Shown here: in pieces, positions 17,242 through 26,041 of the stretch
Position numbering within the stretch: the stretch's first letter is position 1
Layout: each line of letters starts with the position of its first letter
From: Candidatus Hermodarchaeota archaeon
GTDB taxonomy: Archaea > Asgardarchaeota > Heimdallarchaeia > Hodarchaeales > Hodarchaeaceae
Assembly: GCA_048886185.1 (NCBI GenBank)
Contig: JBHLKY010000010.1
Span: 48,526-80,525 of the forward strand
Length of the DNA: 32,000 bases
Direction of reading: 5' to 3'
Position numbers and translations under genes: made by a program
The notes under the pieces: generated by a model
Databases searched by the model: none
Seen by the model: only the letters and a program-made list of their open reading frames with translations
Told to the model about the DNA's origin: nothing

Positions 17242-18228
17242 TCATTTTGGGAACCAGCATGCAACAAGATGCCTGGGTGTTGTCTCTTCTAATGGAGGCT
17301 CTTCTTCACATTTTTTCTTCGCATAAGCACATCTGTCCTTAAATCGGCAGCCTGGTTTAGGATTAAAAGGGGTTGCAGCATCCCCATGTAGAAGAATTCG
17401 TTTTCGTTTACCTCGAATTTTGGGATTTGGAATTGGAACAGCAGATATAAGGGCTTCTGTATAAGGATGCATTGGATGCGAATACAATTCATCAGTATCC
17501 GTGATTTCAACAAGTTTGCCAACATACATTACTGCAACGCGATCTGAAACATGGCGAATGACTGATAAATCATGTGCAACAATAATGTATGTTAAATTAA
17601 GCTCATCTTGAAGATCATCAAGAAGGTTTAGGATTTGAGCCCGTATTGAAACATCAAGAGCTGAAACAGGTTCATCAGCAACAATTATATCAGGACTAAC
17701 AGAAAGAGACCGAGCAATACCAATTCTTTGTCTTTGGCCCCCACTAAATTCATGAGGATATCGATAAATGTGAAAAGGTGCTAATCCTACTAAGTCCATT
17801 AATTCCATAACTCTTTCTTCTGTCTCTCTTTTACTCTCTGCAAGATGATAAAGTTTTATACCCTCAGAAATTATATCATAAACAGTCATTCGGGGATTTA
17901 AGGATGAATAAGGATCTTGGAATACCATCTGAATCGATTTACGGAAGGATGGCATATCTTTTTTCTTGATTGTAGCGATTTCAATCCCATTAATCCAGAT
18001 TTCTCCTTTAGTTGGTTTATCAAGCCTTAAAAGCATTCTAGCAGTAGTCGTTTTGCCACACCCACTTTCACCGACTAAACCTAATGTTTCTCCTTTGTAA
18101 ACCTTGAAAGAAATGTTATCTACAGCATGAATATGCCCTTTTACTGTCTGACGGATTATTCCCTCTTTAACAGGAAAAAATTTGAACAAGTTGTTTACTT
18201 CAATAATTGGTTGTCCACTTGTTGCCAA
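17242..18228 (-). CDS. dppF: Dipeptide/oligopeptide ABC transporter ATPase (DppF/OppF family), operon 2
   Basis: GESGCGKTT, QMVFQDPYSSLNPR, YPHEFSGGQRQR, ADEPVSALDVS, GCRFKDRC...C...VACW. TTG start 6 nt after TGAGGT. Confidence 0.95.
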   Translation of the reverse strand: MATSGQPIIEVNNLFKFFPVKEGIIRQTVKGHIHAVDNISFKVYKGETLGLVGESGCGKTTTARMLLRLDKPTKGEIWINGIEIATIKKKDMPSFRKSIQMVFQDPYSSLNPRMTVYDIISEGIKLYHLAESKRETEERVMELMDLVGLAPFHIYRYPHEFSGGQRQRIGIARSLSVSPDIIVADEPVSALDVSIRAQILNLLDDLQDELNLTYIIVAHDLSVIRHVSDRVAVMYVGKLVEITDTDELYSHPMHPYTEALISAVPIPNPKIRGKRKRILLHGDAATPFNPKPGCRFKDRCAYAKKKCEEEPPLEETTPRHLVACWFPK

Positions 18229-18242
18229 TTGAATACCTCACT

Positions 18243-19238
18243 TTATTCCCTTATCTGTCCTGCATAATGGCAATAAACTCTATGATTTGTTTCGACATCA
18301 ACATAAGGAGGTTTCTCCTCCTTACATAACTTGGTTGCATATGGGCAACGGGGATGGAATCTACATCCTGATGGCGGCGTTATTAAATTTGGAACTGTTC
18401 CTTTAATTACACTTAACCTATTTAATTTCTTATCCATTCGTGGTATCGAACCTAATAGGGCTTGAGTATAGGGATGTTCAGGACTTTCAAACAGCGGTTC
18501 AACGGAAGCATATTCAACAATGTTACCTGCATACATCACTGCAACATTGTCAGAAATCTCTGCAATGACACCAAGATTATGAGTTATGTATAGAATAGCC
18601 ATATTCAGTTCCTCTTGGAGATTTCTCATAAGATCGAGAACTTGTGCTTGAATTGTAACATCTAATGCTGTTGTTGGTTCGTCAGCTATAAGTAGATCCG
18701 GTTGACAGGATAATGCCATAGCAATCATTACGCGTTGCCTCATACCTCCACTAAATAAATGTGGGTAATCGTGTATTCGTTTTGAGGCTTCTGGGATACC
18801 TACTAAGTCTAGCAATCGAATTCCTGCTTTTAAAGCTTCCTTGTCATTTAAATTTTGATGCAATTTTATATTCTCAAGAATTTGATTCTCTACTGTGAAA
18901 ACTGGATTTAAAGATGTCATTGGATCTTGAAAAATCATTGATATTTCATCACCACGAATCTCTCTAATCTCATCTTCAGTTAGCTTTAAGAGATCTCTTC
19001 CATTAAAGAAAATCTCTCCAGCTACAATTTTACCTGGTGGATCAGGTATTAGACGGAGTATTGAGAGTGATGTCATTGTCTTACCGCAACCTGACTCCCC
19101 AACAAGCCCTAAAACTTCCTTTCTCCTAATTTTAAGGTCTACACCGTCAACAGCTTTCACTACTCCGTCCTCTGTGAAAAATTGTGTTTTCAATCCCTTC
19201 ATTTCGAGGATAGTTCCATCTGTAGATGTTGTACTCAT
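18243..19238 (-). CDS. dppD: Dipeptide/oligopeptide ABC transporter ATPase (DppD/OppD family), operon 2
   Basis: GESGCGKT, MIFQDPMTSLNP, YPHLFSGGMRQR, ADEPTTALDVT, GCRFHPRCP...C...YCH; GAGGT site upstream. Confidence 0.95.
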   Translation of the reverse strand: MSTTSTDGTILEMKGLKTQFFTEDGVVKAVDGVDLKIRRKEVLGLVGESGCGKTMTSLSILRLIPDPPGKIVAGEIFFNGRDLLKLTEDEIREIRGDEISMIFQDPMTSLNPVFTVENQILENIKLHQNLNDKEALKAGIRLLDLVGIPEASKRIHDYPHLFSGGMRQRVMIAMALSCQPDLLIADEPTTALDVTIQAQVLDLMRNLQEELNMAILYITHNLGVIAEISDNVAVMYAGNIVEYASVEPLFESPEHPYTQALLGSIPRMDKKLNRLSVIKGTVPNLITPPSGCRFHPRCPYATKLCKEEKPPYVDVETNHRVYCHYAGQIRE

Positions 19239-19253
19239 TCTATAACCTCTTAT

Positions 19254-20945
19254 TTAATTTTTTAACCTTGGATCTAGTGCGTCTCTGAGAGCATCCCCTA
19301 AAAGATTAAAACCCACTACTGCTACAAATATCGCAAGACCTGGTATTGTTGCTACCCATGGCGCAAATCTCAGTGATTGCCCTGCTATCCCCCATTGAAT
19401 TGCTGTTCCCCAGGATATTGCTAAAGGATCACCAAAACCTAGAAAGGATAGTCCTGCTTCAATTAGAATTACTGTAGCAACTCCTAGTGAAGCAGTTACA
19501 ATAACGGGGGCCATAGCATTAGGTAAAAGATGTTTGAAAATTATTGCTTTATCAGAAACACCTAAGGATCTAGCTGCATCAGTATATTCCATTTCTCGTA
19601 AATGAAGAAACTCTGCACGTACAATTCGTGCGGTTTGTGACCAACCAAATAATCCAAGGGTGATGGATAACACAATTAAACTTACCTGTTCCCATATTGT
19701 GATTGCAATAAGAATAAGAAAGAAAAAAGGAATTGCTAAGAAAATATCAGTCAGTCTCATAATAACATTATCAATTTTCCCACCATAATAACCTGCAATC
19801 GAACCTAAAGCCAAACCAATGATAATTCGGATAGATATTGCTACAAAAGCTACAATAAGAGAGGTTCTAGCGCCGTGGATAGTGGCTGACAGTATGTCTC
19901 TACCTAAAGAATCTGTACCGAGTAGGTGGAATTTGTTTGTACCAAAGTAAACATTTGTACGAGGTAGCCTTCCCTCTTCTGATAATGAAATAGCATCCCA
20001 TTCTTGATAGTTATTCCAGTTCTTTCCCCTTAAATTTAGGGGATCCAGAGGATCACTGCCTGAATCCATGAATAAACGCAAATCTACATTTGGAGATTCC
20101 ATTATAAGGAGGTTTGTGTCAAGAACAAGCCAATAATTTTGTTGTGGAATTACTTTTACACCTTTATAACCGAAATTAAAAGTAACTCCAGTAGGGGTTG
20201 TAGCACCAGGTCCAGAGACAATATGTTGACCTTTAATGCTTGCACTAGCTATTTCATTTCCGGAATCGAAATCCACTCCCTCTTCGAAAATTAATAATTC
20301 TACTGGCTCTGGCCATGAAATTTCTGCATAATCAGTAGCTACTTTCATCCACATCTTAATCTGAGAAATGTCAGAATAGGAAGGGGTAATCCTTAAAGCA
20401 CATTTTCCTCCTACCCGATAATCAATAAGGGCTGTTCCACTAAAGCTATTATCAGCAAGAGTTATCTGACCTGAATTATGGTCAAAATCGCCTTCAGAGT
20501 TGGCCCAAAGCTCTTCGTTACTACTTTTTGATACTATACTATCAATTTGACTAAGTAGTTGATATTTTGTTAAGTTTTGTTGAGATATCCCATTAGTAAA
20601 ATTGATTTCTTTATTATAATATACAGCAGCCAATGTTTTTTCAGAACCTTGAGCTGCCAAAGAGGCATATCTATCTTTATTCAGTTCATATCCTAATGGT
20701 GCAACATATTGAGCTTCGAGACGTTCATCTGAAGGTCCATATGGTACAAGTGCCCCAGGTCCAGCTAAAACATCCGCAAAAATCGCTAGTAGTGTAATGA
20801 AAGCAATAATTGATAAGCCTAAAACACCCATTTTATGACGACGGAATCGCCTCCAAAAGACCATTAATCGGCCAACGCTTCTTCGTTTCTTTTTCTCTTT
20901 TTCAAGTTCATCTAATTTTTCTTCATCGATTCTGTACTCTGTCAT
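19254..20945 (-). CDS. dppC: DppC/OppC permease with a ~250-aa extracytoplasmic insertion, operon 2
   Basis: FWRRFRRHKMG N-terminus, HLLGTDSLGRDILSATIHGAR, EYTDAARSLG, EAGLSFLGFG, GDALRDALDPR. The length is 563 aa, against 308 aa for the operon-1 paralog. Confidence 0.92.
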   Translation of the reverse strand: MTEYRIDEEKLDELEKEKKKRRSVGRLMVFWRRFRRHKMGVLGLSIIAFITLLAIFADVLAGPGALVPYGPSDERLEAQYVAPLGYELNKDRYASLAAQGSEKTLAAVYYNKEINFTNGISQQNLTKYQLLSQIDSIVSKSSNEELWANSEGDFDHNSGQITLADNSFSGTALIDYRVGGKCALRITPSYSDISQIKMWMKVATDYAEISWPEPVELLIFEEGVDFDSGNEIASASIKGQHIVSGPGATTPTGVTFNFGYKGVKVIPQQNYWLVLDTNLLIMESPNVDLRLFMDSGSDPLDPLNLRGKNWNNYQEWDAISLSEEGRLPRTNVYFGTNKFHLLGTDSLGRDILSATIHGARTSLIVAFVAISIRIIIGLALGSIAGYYGGKIDNVIMRLTDIFLAIPFFFLILIAITIWEQVSLIVLSITLGLFGWSQTARIVRAEFLHLREMEYTDAARSLGVSDKAIIFKHLLPNAMAPVIVTASLGVATVILIEAGLSFLGFGDPLAISWGTAIQWGIAGQSLRFAPWVATIPGLAIFVAVVGFNLLGDALRDALDPRLKN

Positions 20946-20971
20946 AGTCTATCATCCCACTATTCATTACT

Positions 20972-22084
20972 CTAGTACCGTATTCTTGGATCTAAAAACG
21001 CATAAGCTATATCTGTAGCTAGATTAGCCAGAATCACCATTATCGCAATTAGCATATTAATTCCCATCATAAAGTTGTAATCTCGAAGATTTACTCTAAA
21101 AACTGCTTCTCTTCCCAGTCCTGGCCAGGAAAAAACTGTCTCAGTTAATGCTGCGCCAGCTAATATGAATCCAATGCTTAGACCGACAACTGTTACTACA
21201 GGTAAAAGTGCATTACTTAAAGCATGCTTATAGATTACTAATCTTTCAGATAGTCCTTTAGATCTAGCAGTCAGTATATAATCCTGTCGTAAAACCTCAA
21301 GCATGCTTGAACGAGTTAAACGGAGAATCAAAGCAGTTCCACTTAGCCCTAATACTACTGTCGGAAGAATCATATGAAATAGTTCATCAAATAAGAGTTC
21401 AAGAAAGGTTTCATTTCCAGTTAAGTTGTAGCTATATGCTCCAATTGTTGGGAATTTGATTCCAAAGAATATTTTCCAGTCAGAGAAGAGGAGAATACAC
21501 ATGATTCCAGTCCAAAAGACGGGCATTGAGACACCAAACAAAGCTAAGGTAGTGGAGATATTATCAGTTTTGGAATAAGGTCTTCTAGCAGAAAAGATTC
21601 CCAAAGGAATTCCAAGCATCAAACTCATTATAAGTGATGCCAATCCTAATTTCATAGTTTGCCATGCTAATGCTCCAATTAGTGAGTTAATTGTGGATCC
21701 TGAATAAGAACGGCCAAGATTTCCAAAAATAAACCCAGGTGTGAATTTACATGCCCCAATTCCTAAATTAATTTTGAATATATTTTGTATTCCACGACCC
21801 AGTCCCAGCAGAACATAATCTGAAAACTCTGTAAGGTAATCGCTGCCTTCGGAGTTTTTTCCAAGTAACCAGTAGATATATTGTTCTTGAGGAGGTCTAT
21901 CTAGTCCTAGCTGATGACGCATGTTTTCCATTTCCTCCTGTGTTAAGGTAGGGTCACTTTGTTTTAGTACATCAACATAATCCATAGGACTAAGCCACAT
22001 CAGTGTGAAGAGGAGGATAGAAATACCTAATACTAATGGAACACTGAGAATCACACGCCGGATAACATAATTACGCAAACTCAT
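20972..22084 (-). CDS. dppB: DppB/OppB permease, operon 2
   Basis: MSLRNYVIRR, LGLDRPPQEQY..WL, TRSSMLEVLRQDYILTARSKGL, ETVFSWPGLG, LDPRIRY. ATG 22084 lies 7 nt after AGGTGAT. Confidence 0.95.
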   Translation of the reverse strand: MSLRNYVIRRVILSVPLVLGISILLFTLMWLSPMDYVDVLKQSDPTLTQEEMENMRHQLGLDRPPQEQYIYWLLGKNSEGSDYLTEFSDYVLLGLGRGIQNIFKINLGIGACKFTPGFIFGNLGRSYSGSTINSLIGALAWQTMKLGLASLIMSLMLGIPLGIFSARRPYSKTDNISTTLALFGVSMPVFWTGIMCILLFSDWKIFFGIKFPTIGAYSYNLTGNETFLELLFDELFHMILPTVVLGLSGTALILRLTRSSMLEVLRQDYILTARSKGLSERLVIYKHALSNALLPVVTVVGLSIGFILAGAALTETVFSWPGLGREAVFRVNLRDYNFMMGINMLIAIMVILANLATDIAYAFLDPRIRY

Positions 22085-22495
22085 ACCTTTTATCACCTAG
22101 TTTAATGGAAAAGTCTTTTCTCTGAACTGTTTATTTAATATGTCAAATGATATTCTAATCAGACTACTTACATTTAGTCTTAAGAATTTATTGCTCTCTG
22201 CATTGGTAAATAATATGGATTTAAAATAAATGAAATTAGGATAATAATATTTAACTTTAGAGAAAATAATGAGTTCTTTCAATGGGGACATCAATTGAGA
22301 TTATGTCATCATTCAAGGATTGCAGCTCCGATAAGTGGTCACTGGAACTCTTTAATACCTTTTTAATAAGGGATAAGAGAGATAAATTGAGAAATGTAAT
22401 GGTTTTAACGTTTAAAGAGGTTTGAATTTAATATAAATTAAAGGAAAATCTTTGAAAAAAGTTAAAACGGAAGATGTAAATTAGAAATTCGCTTT

Positions 22496-22501
22496 GGAGG
22501 T
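22496..22501 (+). promoter_or_regulatory. Shine-Dalgarno site of the first gene of the metabolic operon
   Basis: GGAGGT 7 nt upstream of ATG 22509. Confidence 0.65.
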
Positions 22502-22508
22502 CTTCTTT

Positions 22509-23795
22509 ATGAATAATTTGCTAGCTAAATTGCGAATACCAGATCAGAATTTAAAAGAAATCAATGATTTCTTATTAAATGAGGATAATCCTCTAATTAA
22601 CAATCTTTTTGAAGTTATAGAAAAATATGGTGGAATTGATGAAATTAATCGAAAAGCTGACGAAGCTAGGAATCTAGATAATCTTCTAGGAAGGCTAGAA
22701 AGGAAAAGACCAGAATATGTTAAGGATCTCAAATGGCTATCTTTTCAACGAGATGAGCAAGCATTCATAAGTGATCAGCAATATCGTCATAAAGTTTTGG
22801 GGGATGATGTTGGTAATTTTGAGTTTGATGAATCTTTTGCTGTCACCTTGGAGCTTTCAGCATGCCAGTATTTTCCTTTCCTTATCGATGGAGCTAAACG
22901 TGCTATTACAAAACAGGAGTTACTCCCAGGACGGATCATCCGAGTCAGAAGAATGAAAGAACAGGAAGAAGATGGGGATTTATTGGCGATGGCAGCAGCC
23001 ATGCAAATCATTGGTGCAACTTATGTCGAAACCTTAGACACTAAGGGTACAGCTCCAGGGCCCGATGGAAATCCGATCAATATTCATTTAGGTGGTCCAG
23101 AGACAATCACAGGTTATTTTGGTGGTGTTGGTCAACCTAATGATTTTGCTCTCAAATGGGTCGATGAATATTTATATTATTATACAAATTATGGGGTTCA
23201 GCAAGTTCTCAATATTAATCTAGGAACTATTCTTTTAGGTTATTTTCTCCATAAGTTAGGAATTAACAACGAATTCAAGATTTCAGTATTTGTTGGGAAC
23301 GACAATCCATTCTCTTGTTTGTGGACTCTTCTTGCTGCAAAATTATTCGCACGTGAAGATGGCAGTAGTCCGTTGATTGGATTTAATCTAGCAAACTCTG
23401 TAAATAATCACACAATTGAGCTGAGTGCTTACATTAGAAACGAGTTTGGTTTTGAAGATGTAGTACGGTTGGAGCATCATGTGATTGAAACTTGGAAAAG
23501 TATTGTACGACAGCCCTATGATCGTCGTGAGGAGTTAGTAAAATTAGCTAAACGAGTTAAAAACATTAGTGCGAAGCATGAAGGGGGTAATGTTGAAGTT
23601 GAAAGGACCCGAGATCATCCTTCGGATATTTTAGATTATTTTCGTCCTAAGGAAGATATTATAAGCGCTAATGATTGGAAAGCCTTACGTACGAACTATT
23701 TCGATCGACAGGATGCGATTAATACAACTGCCCGGATTCTTACCCAGAATGGTATTCCATTTATTGCAGCACGTAATCTTCATCATCGTGAGTGA
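22509..23795 (+). CDS. Uncharacterised enzyme-like soluble protein (about 428 aa)
   Basis: Long ORF with a strong SD. Gly-rich, enzyme-like blocks (VETLDTKGT, IHLGGPETITGYFGGVGQPN, RLEHHVIETWKSIVRQPY, SAKHEGG). No family I can name. Confidence 0.85.
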   Translation: MNNLLAKLRIPDQNLKEINDFLLNEDNPLINNLFEVIEKYGGIDEINRKADEARNLDNLLGRLERKRPEYVKDLKWLSFQRDEQAFISDQQYRHKVLGDDVGNFEFDESFAVTLELSACQYFPFLIDGAKRAITKQELLPGRIIRVRRMKEQEEDGDLLAMAAAMQIIGATYVETLDTKGTAPGPDGNPINIHLGGPETITGYFGGVGQPNDFALKWVDEYLYYYTNYGVQQVLNINLGTILLGYFLHKLGINNEFKISVFVGNDNPFSCLWTLLAAKLFAREDGSSPLIGFNLANSVNNHTIELSAYIRNEFGFEDVVRLEHHVIETWKSIVRQPYDRREELVKLAKRVKNISAKHEGGNVEVERTRDHPSDILDYFRPKEDIISANDWKALRTNYFDRQDAINTTARILTQNGIPFIAARNLHHRE

Positions 23796-24961
23796 AGAAT
23801 ATGCTCGATTTTGAGGGCTTACGGACAGGAGCGGGGATTTTTGATGTTTTATCGCGAGCTCAGAGACTTGAACGAGAAGGAAAAAGGGTTTTGCACTTTG
23901 AAATAGGTCAACCTGATTTTTATACTCCTGAATGCGTGAAAAAGGCAGCAAAGAAGGCGTTAGATGCTAACTTCACTGGTTATGTTTCTGCTCAGGGGAT
24001 TCTTGAATTGAAAGAGGCCATTCAAGATGAGATAGAAATAACTCGTGGATTCCGCCCAAATCTGGATCAGATACTCATCGTACCTGGAGGAAACTCAGCA
24101 ATTTACTATATGCTTCGTGCTACGGCTGACAATCCTCTCGCTGAAGAAGTTATTCATCCTAACCCTGGCTTTCCGACATATAGAGCTGTTGTACATTATT
24201 TGAATACTGGAAATGTTTCACTTCCTCTCAAAGAAGAATATGAGTTTCGATTGAATCCATCTGACGTAGCAGCAAATATTTCATCCAAAACAAGAGTTAT
24301 TATTATAAACAGTCCACAAAATCCGACTGGTTCTGTCATGAAAAAGGAGGAAATAATCGAAATTGCTGAATTGGCTGAACAGAAGGATATTTACATTTTA
24401 TCTGACGAAGTTTACTCTAAAATGACCTATGATGAGAAGTTTTACTCTTGTTCTGAGCTTGATGAGTGTAAAGAAAGAACAGTTGTTTTAGATGGTTTTT
24501 CCAAAGCTTATTCAATGACGGGATGGAGATTGGGTTATGTAATTGGACCAGAGAGAATTATTGATCGGATGAGTCTCTTAATCTCGATGACTGTCTCTTG
24601 TGTTAATAGTTTTATCCAAAAAGCTGGTGTGGCAGCTCTAAGAATGAAAGAACCACAAGAAGAGCTGAAGCAAAATATGAAGGCATTTCGTAAAAGAAGA
24701 GATACTATTGTTACAGGTTTGAATGAGATCCCAGGGTTTTCCTGTCTGAAACCTCAAGGCGCTTTCTATGTTTTTCCTAATATCAAGGGTACAGGAAAGA
24801 CCTCTAAAGAATTAGCTGATAATTTATTAGAACAAATCGGTGTTGCGTGTCTTCCTGGAACGGTTTTTGGAGATGCTGGAGAGGGATATCTTAGATTCTC
24901 ATATGCAACATCCGTGGATATTATAAATGAAGCAATAACAAAAATAAAGAAGTCATTTTAA
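23792..24961 (+). CDS. PLP-dependent aminotransferase, class I/II (aspartate aminotransferase-like)
   Basis: HFEIGQPDF, INSPQNPTGSV, LSDEVY, DGFSKAYSMTGWRLGY (PLP lysine), QGAFYVFPN, GEGYLRFSYA. GTG start overlaps the upstream stop (GTGA); ATG 23801 is an alternative. Confidence 0.93.
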   Translation: MKNMLDFEGLRTGAGIFDVLSRAQRLEREGKRVLHFEIGQPDFYTPECVKKAAKKALDANFTGYVSAQGILELKEAIQDEIEITRGFRPNLDQILIVPGGNSAIYYMLRATADNPLAEEVIHPNPGFPTYRAVVHYLNTGNVSLPLKEEYEFRLNPSDVAANISSKTRVIIINSPQNPTGSVMKKEEIIEIAELAEQKDIYILSDEVYSKMTYDEKFYSCSELDECKERTVVLDGFSKAYSMTGWRLGYVIGPERIIDRMSLLISMTVSCVNSFIQKAGVAALRMKEPQEELKQNMKAFRKRRDTIVTGLNEIPGFSCLKPQGAFYVFPNIKGTGKTSKELADNLLEQIGVACLPGTVFGDAGEGYLRFSYATSVDIINEAITKIKKSF

Positions 24962-24965
24962 AAAA

Positions 24966-26015
24966 ATGGTGATAAATTTGATTATTAGAATCGCGTTTAT
25001 TGGATTTGGTGTCGTAGGTCAAGGTCTAGCAGAAATACTTCTAGAACAGAAAGAAGATTTGGAAAATCAATACAATTTTGAATTTGATGTCGTAGCAGTG
25101 TCTGATAAGATGAAAGGATCAGTTTACGATGAGAATGGGCTAGATCTTCAAAAGCTAATGGATTTAGTAAAAAACACAGGTAAGATTGATGGTTATCCTG
25201 CAGGGATTAAGGGATGGGACAGTATAAAAACAATTACAGAAACAAATGCTAATTTTATTATTGAAGTATCTTGGACCGATATTAATACTGGAGAACCTGC
25301 AATTTCACATGTGAAAGCTGCTATTGCATGTCATAAACACGTTGTCATGACAAATAAGGGTCCAATTGCCTTAGCTGCAAGAGAATTAATGTCAATGGCT
25401 AAAACAAATGGAGTTGAGTTAAGATTTGAGGGAACAGTCTTGAGCGGGACTCCAGCTCTTAATTTAGGATTATATAATCTTGCTAGCTCAAAGATTACAA
25501 AGCTCCGAGGAATTGTTAATGGAACTACGAATTATATAATAACGGAAATGGAAAAAGGATTAAGCTATGAAGCAGCTTTAAAACAGGCTCAGAAATTGGG
25601 TTATGCTGAAGCGGATCCAACAGCTGATGTAGAGGGTTACGATGCTTTAGGAAAAATTGTAATTCTAACCAATGTTGTGATGGGTGGAAGTATTTCTAAA
25701 GATCAAGTTCCTTGTGAGGGAATTACCAAAATCACCGCACAGGACATAACAGATGCGAAAAATGAGGGGAAACGTTGGAAACTTATTGCAGGAACGGAAT
25801 TAAAAAATGATGGATCAATTGAGGCATATGTTCGGCCAGAAAAAATACCTTTGGAACACCCACTTGCTGCTGTCAATGGGCCTATAAATGCTCTTACTTA
25901 TACCACGAAATATTTAGGTGATGTGACAATTGTTGGACCAGGGGCAGGTCGTGAGGCTACAGGATATGCATTATTAACTGATCTGTTGGATATCCATCGT
26001 AAAATCTCTAGATAA
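24966..26015 (+). CDS. hom: Homoserine dehydrogenase (no ACT domain)
   Basis: Rossmann GFGVVGQG, VVMTNKGP, FEGTVLSGTP, GIVNGTTNYI, GYAEADPTADVEGYDALGK, GPGAGREATG. Confidence 0.93.
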   Translation: MVINLIIRIAFIGFGVVGQGLAEILLEQKEDLENQYNFEFDVVAVSDKMKGSVYDENGLDLQKLMDLVKNTGKIDGYPAGIKGWDSIKTITETNANFIIEVSWTDINTGEPAISHVKAAIACHKHVVMTNKGPIALAARELMSMAKTNGVELRFEGTVLSGTPALNLGLYNLASSKITKLRGIVNGTTNYIITEMEKGLSYEAALKQAQKLGYAEADPTADVEGYDALGKIVILTNVVMGGSISKDQVPCEGITKITAQDITDAKNEGKRWKLIAGTELKNDGSIEAYVRPEKIPLEHPLAAVNGPINALTYTTKYLGDVTIVGPGAGREATGYALLTDLLDIHRKISR

Positions 26016-26041
26016 CCTATCTGATTATGTTGGGATGATAA

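Noticed and set aside
2062-19238. Four-Cys C-terminal motif in all four Dpp ATPases as a novelty
   Set aside because: This is a known feature of DppD/OppD-type C-terminal domains, which bind [4Fe-4S] in characterised examples.
24966-26015. Reading hom as part of a standard threonine/methionine biosynthesis operon
   Set aside because: There is no aspartate kinase, asd, thrB, thrC or metX nearby. It may still serve biosynthesis if those genes lie elsewhere.
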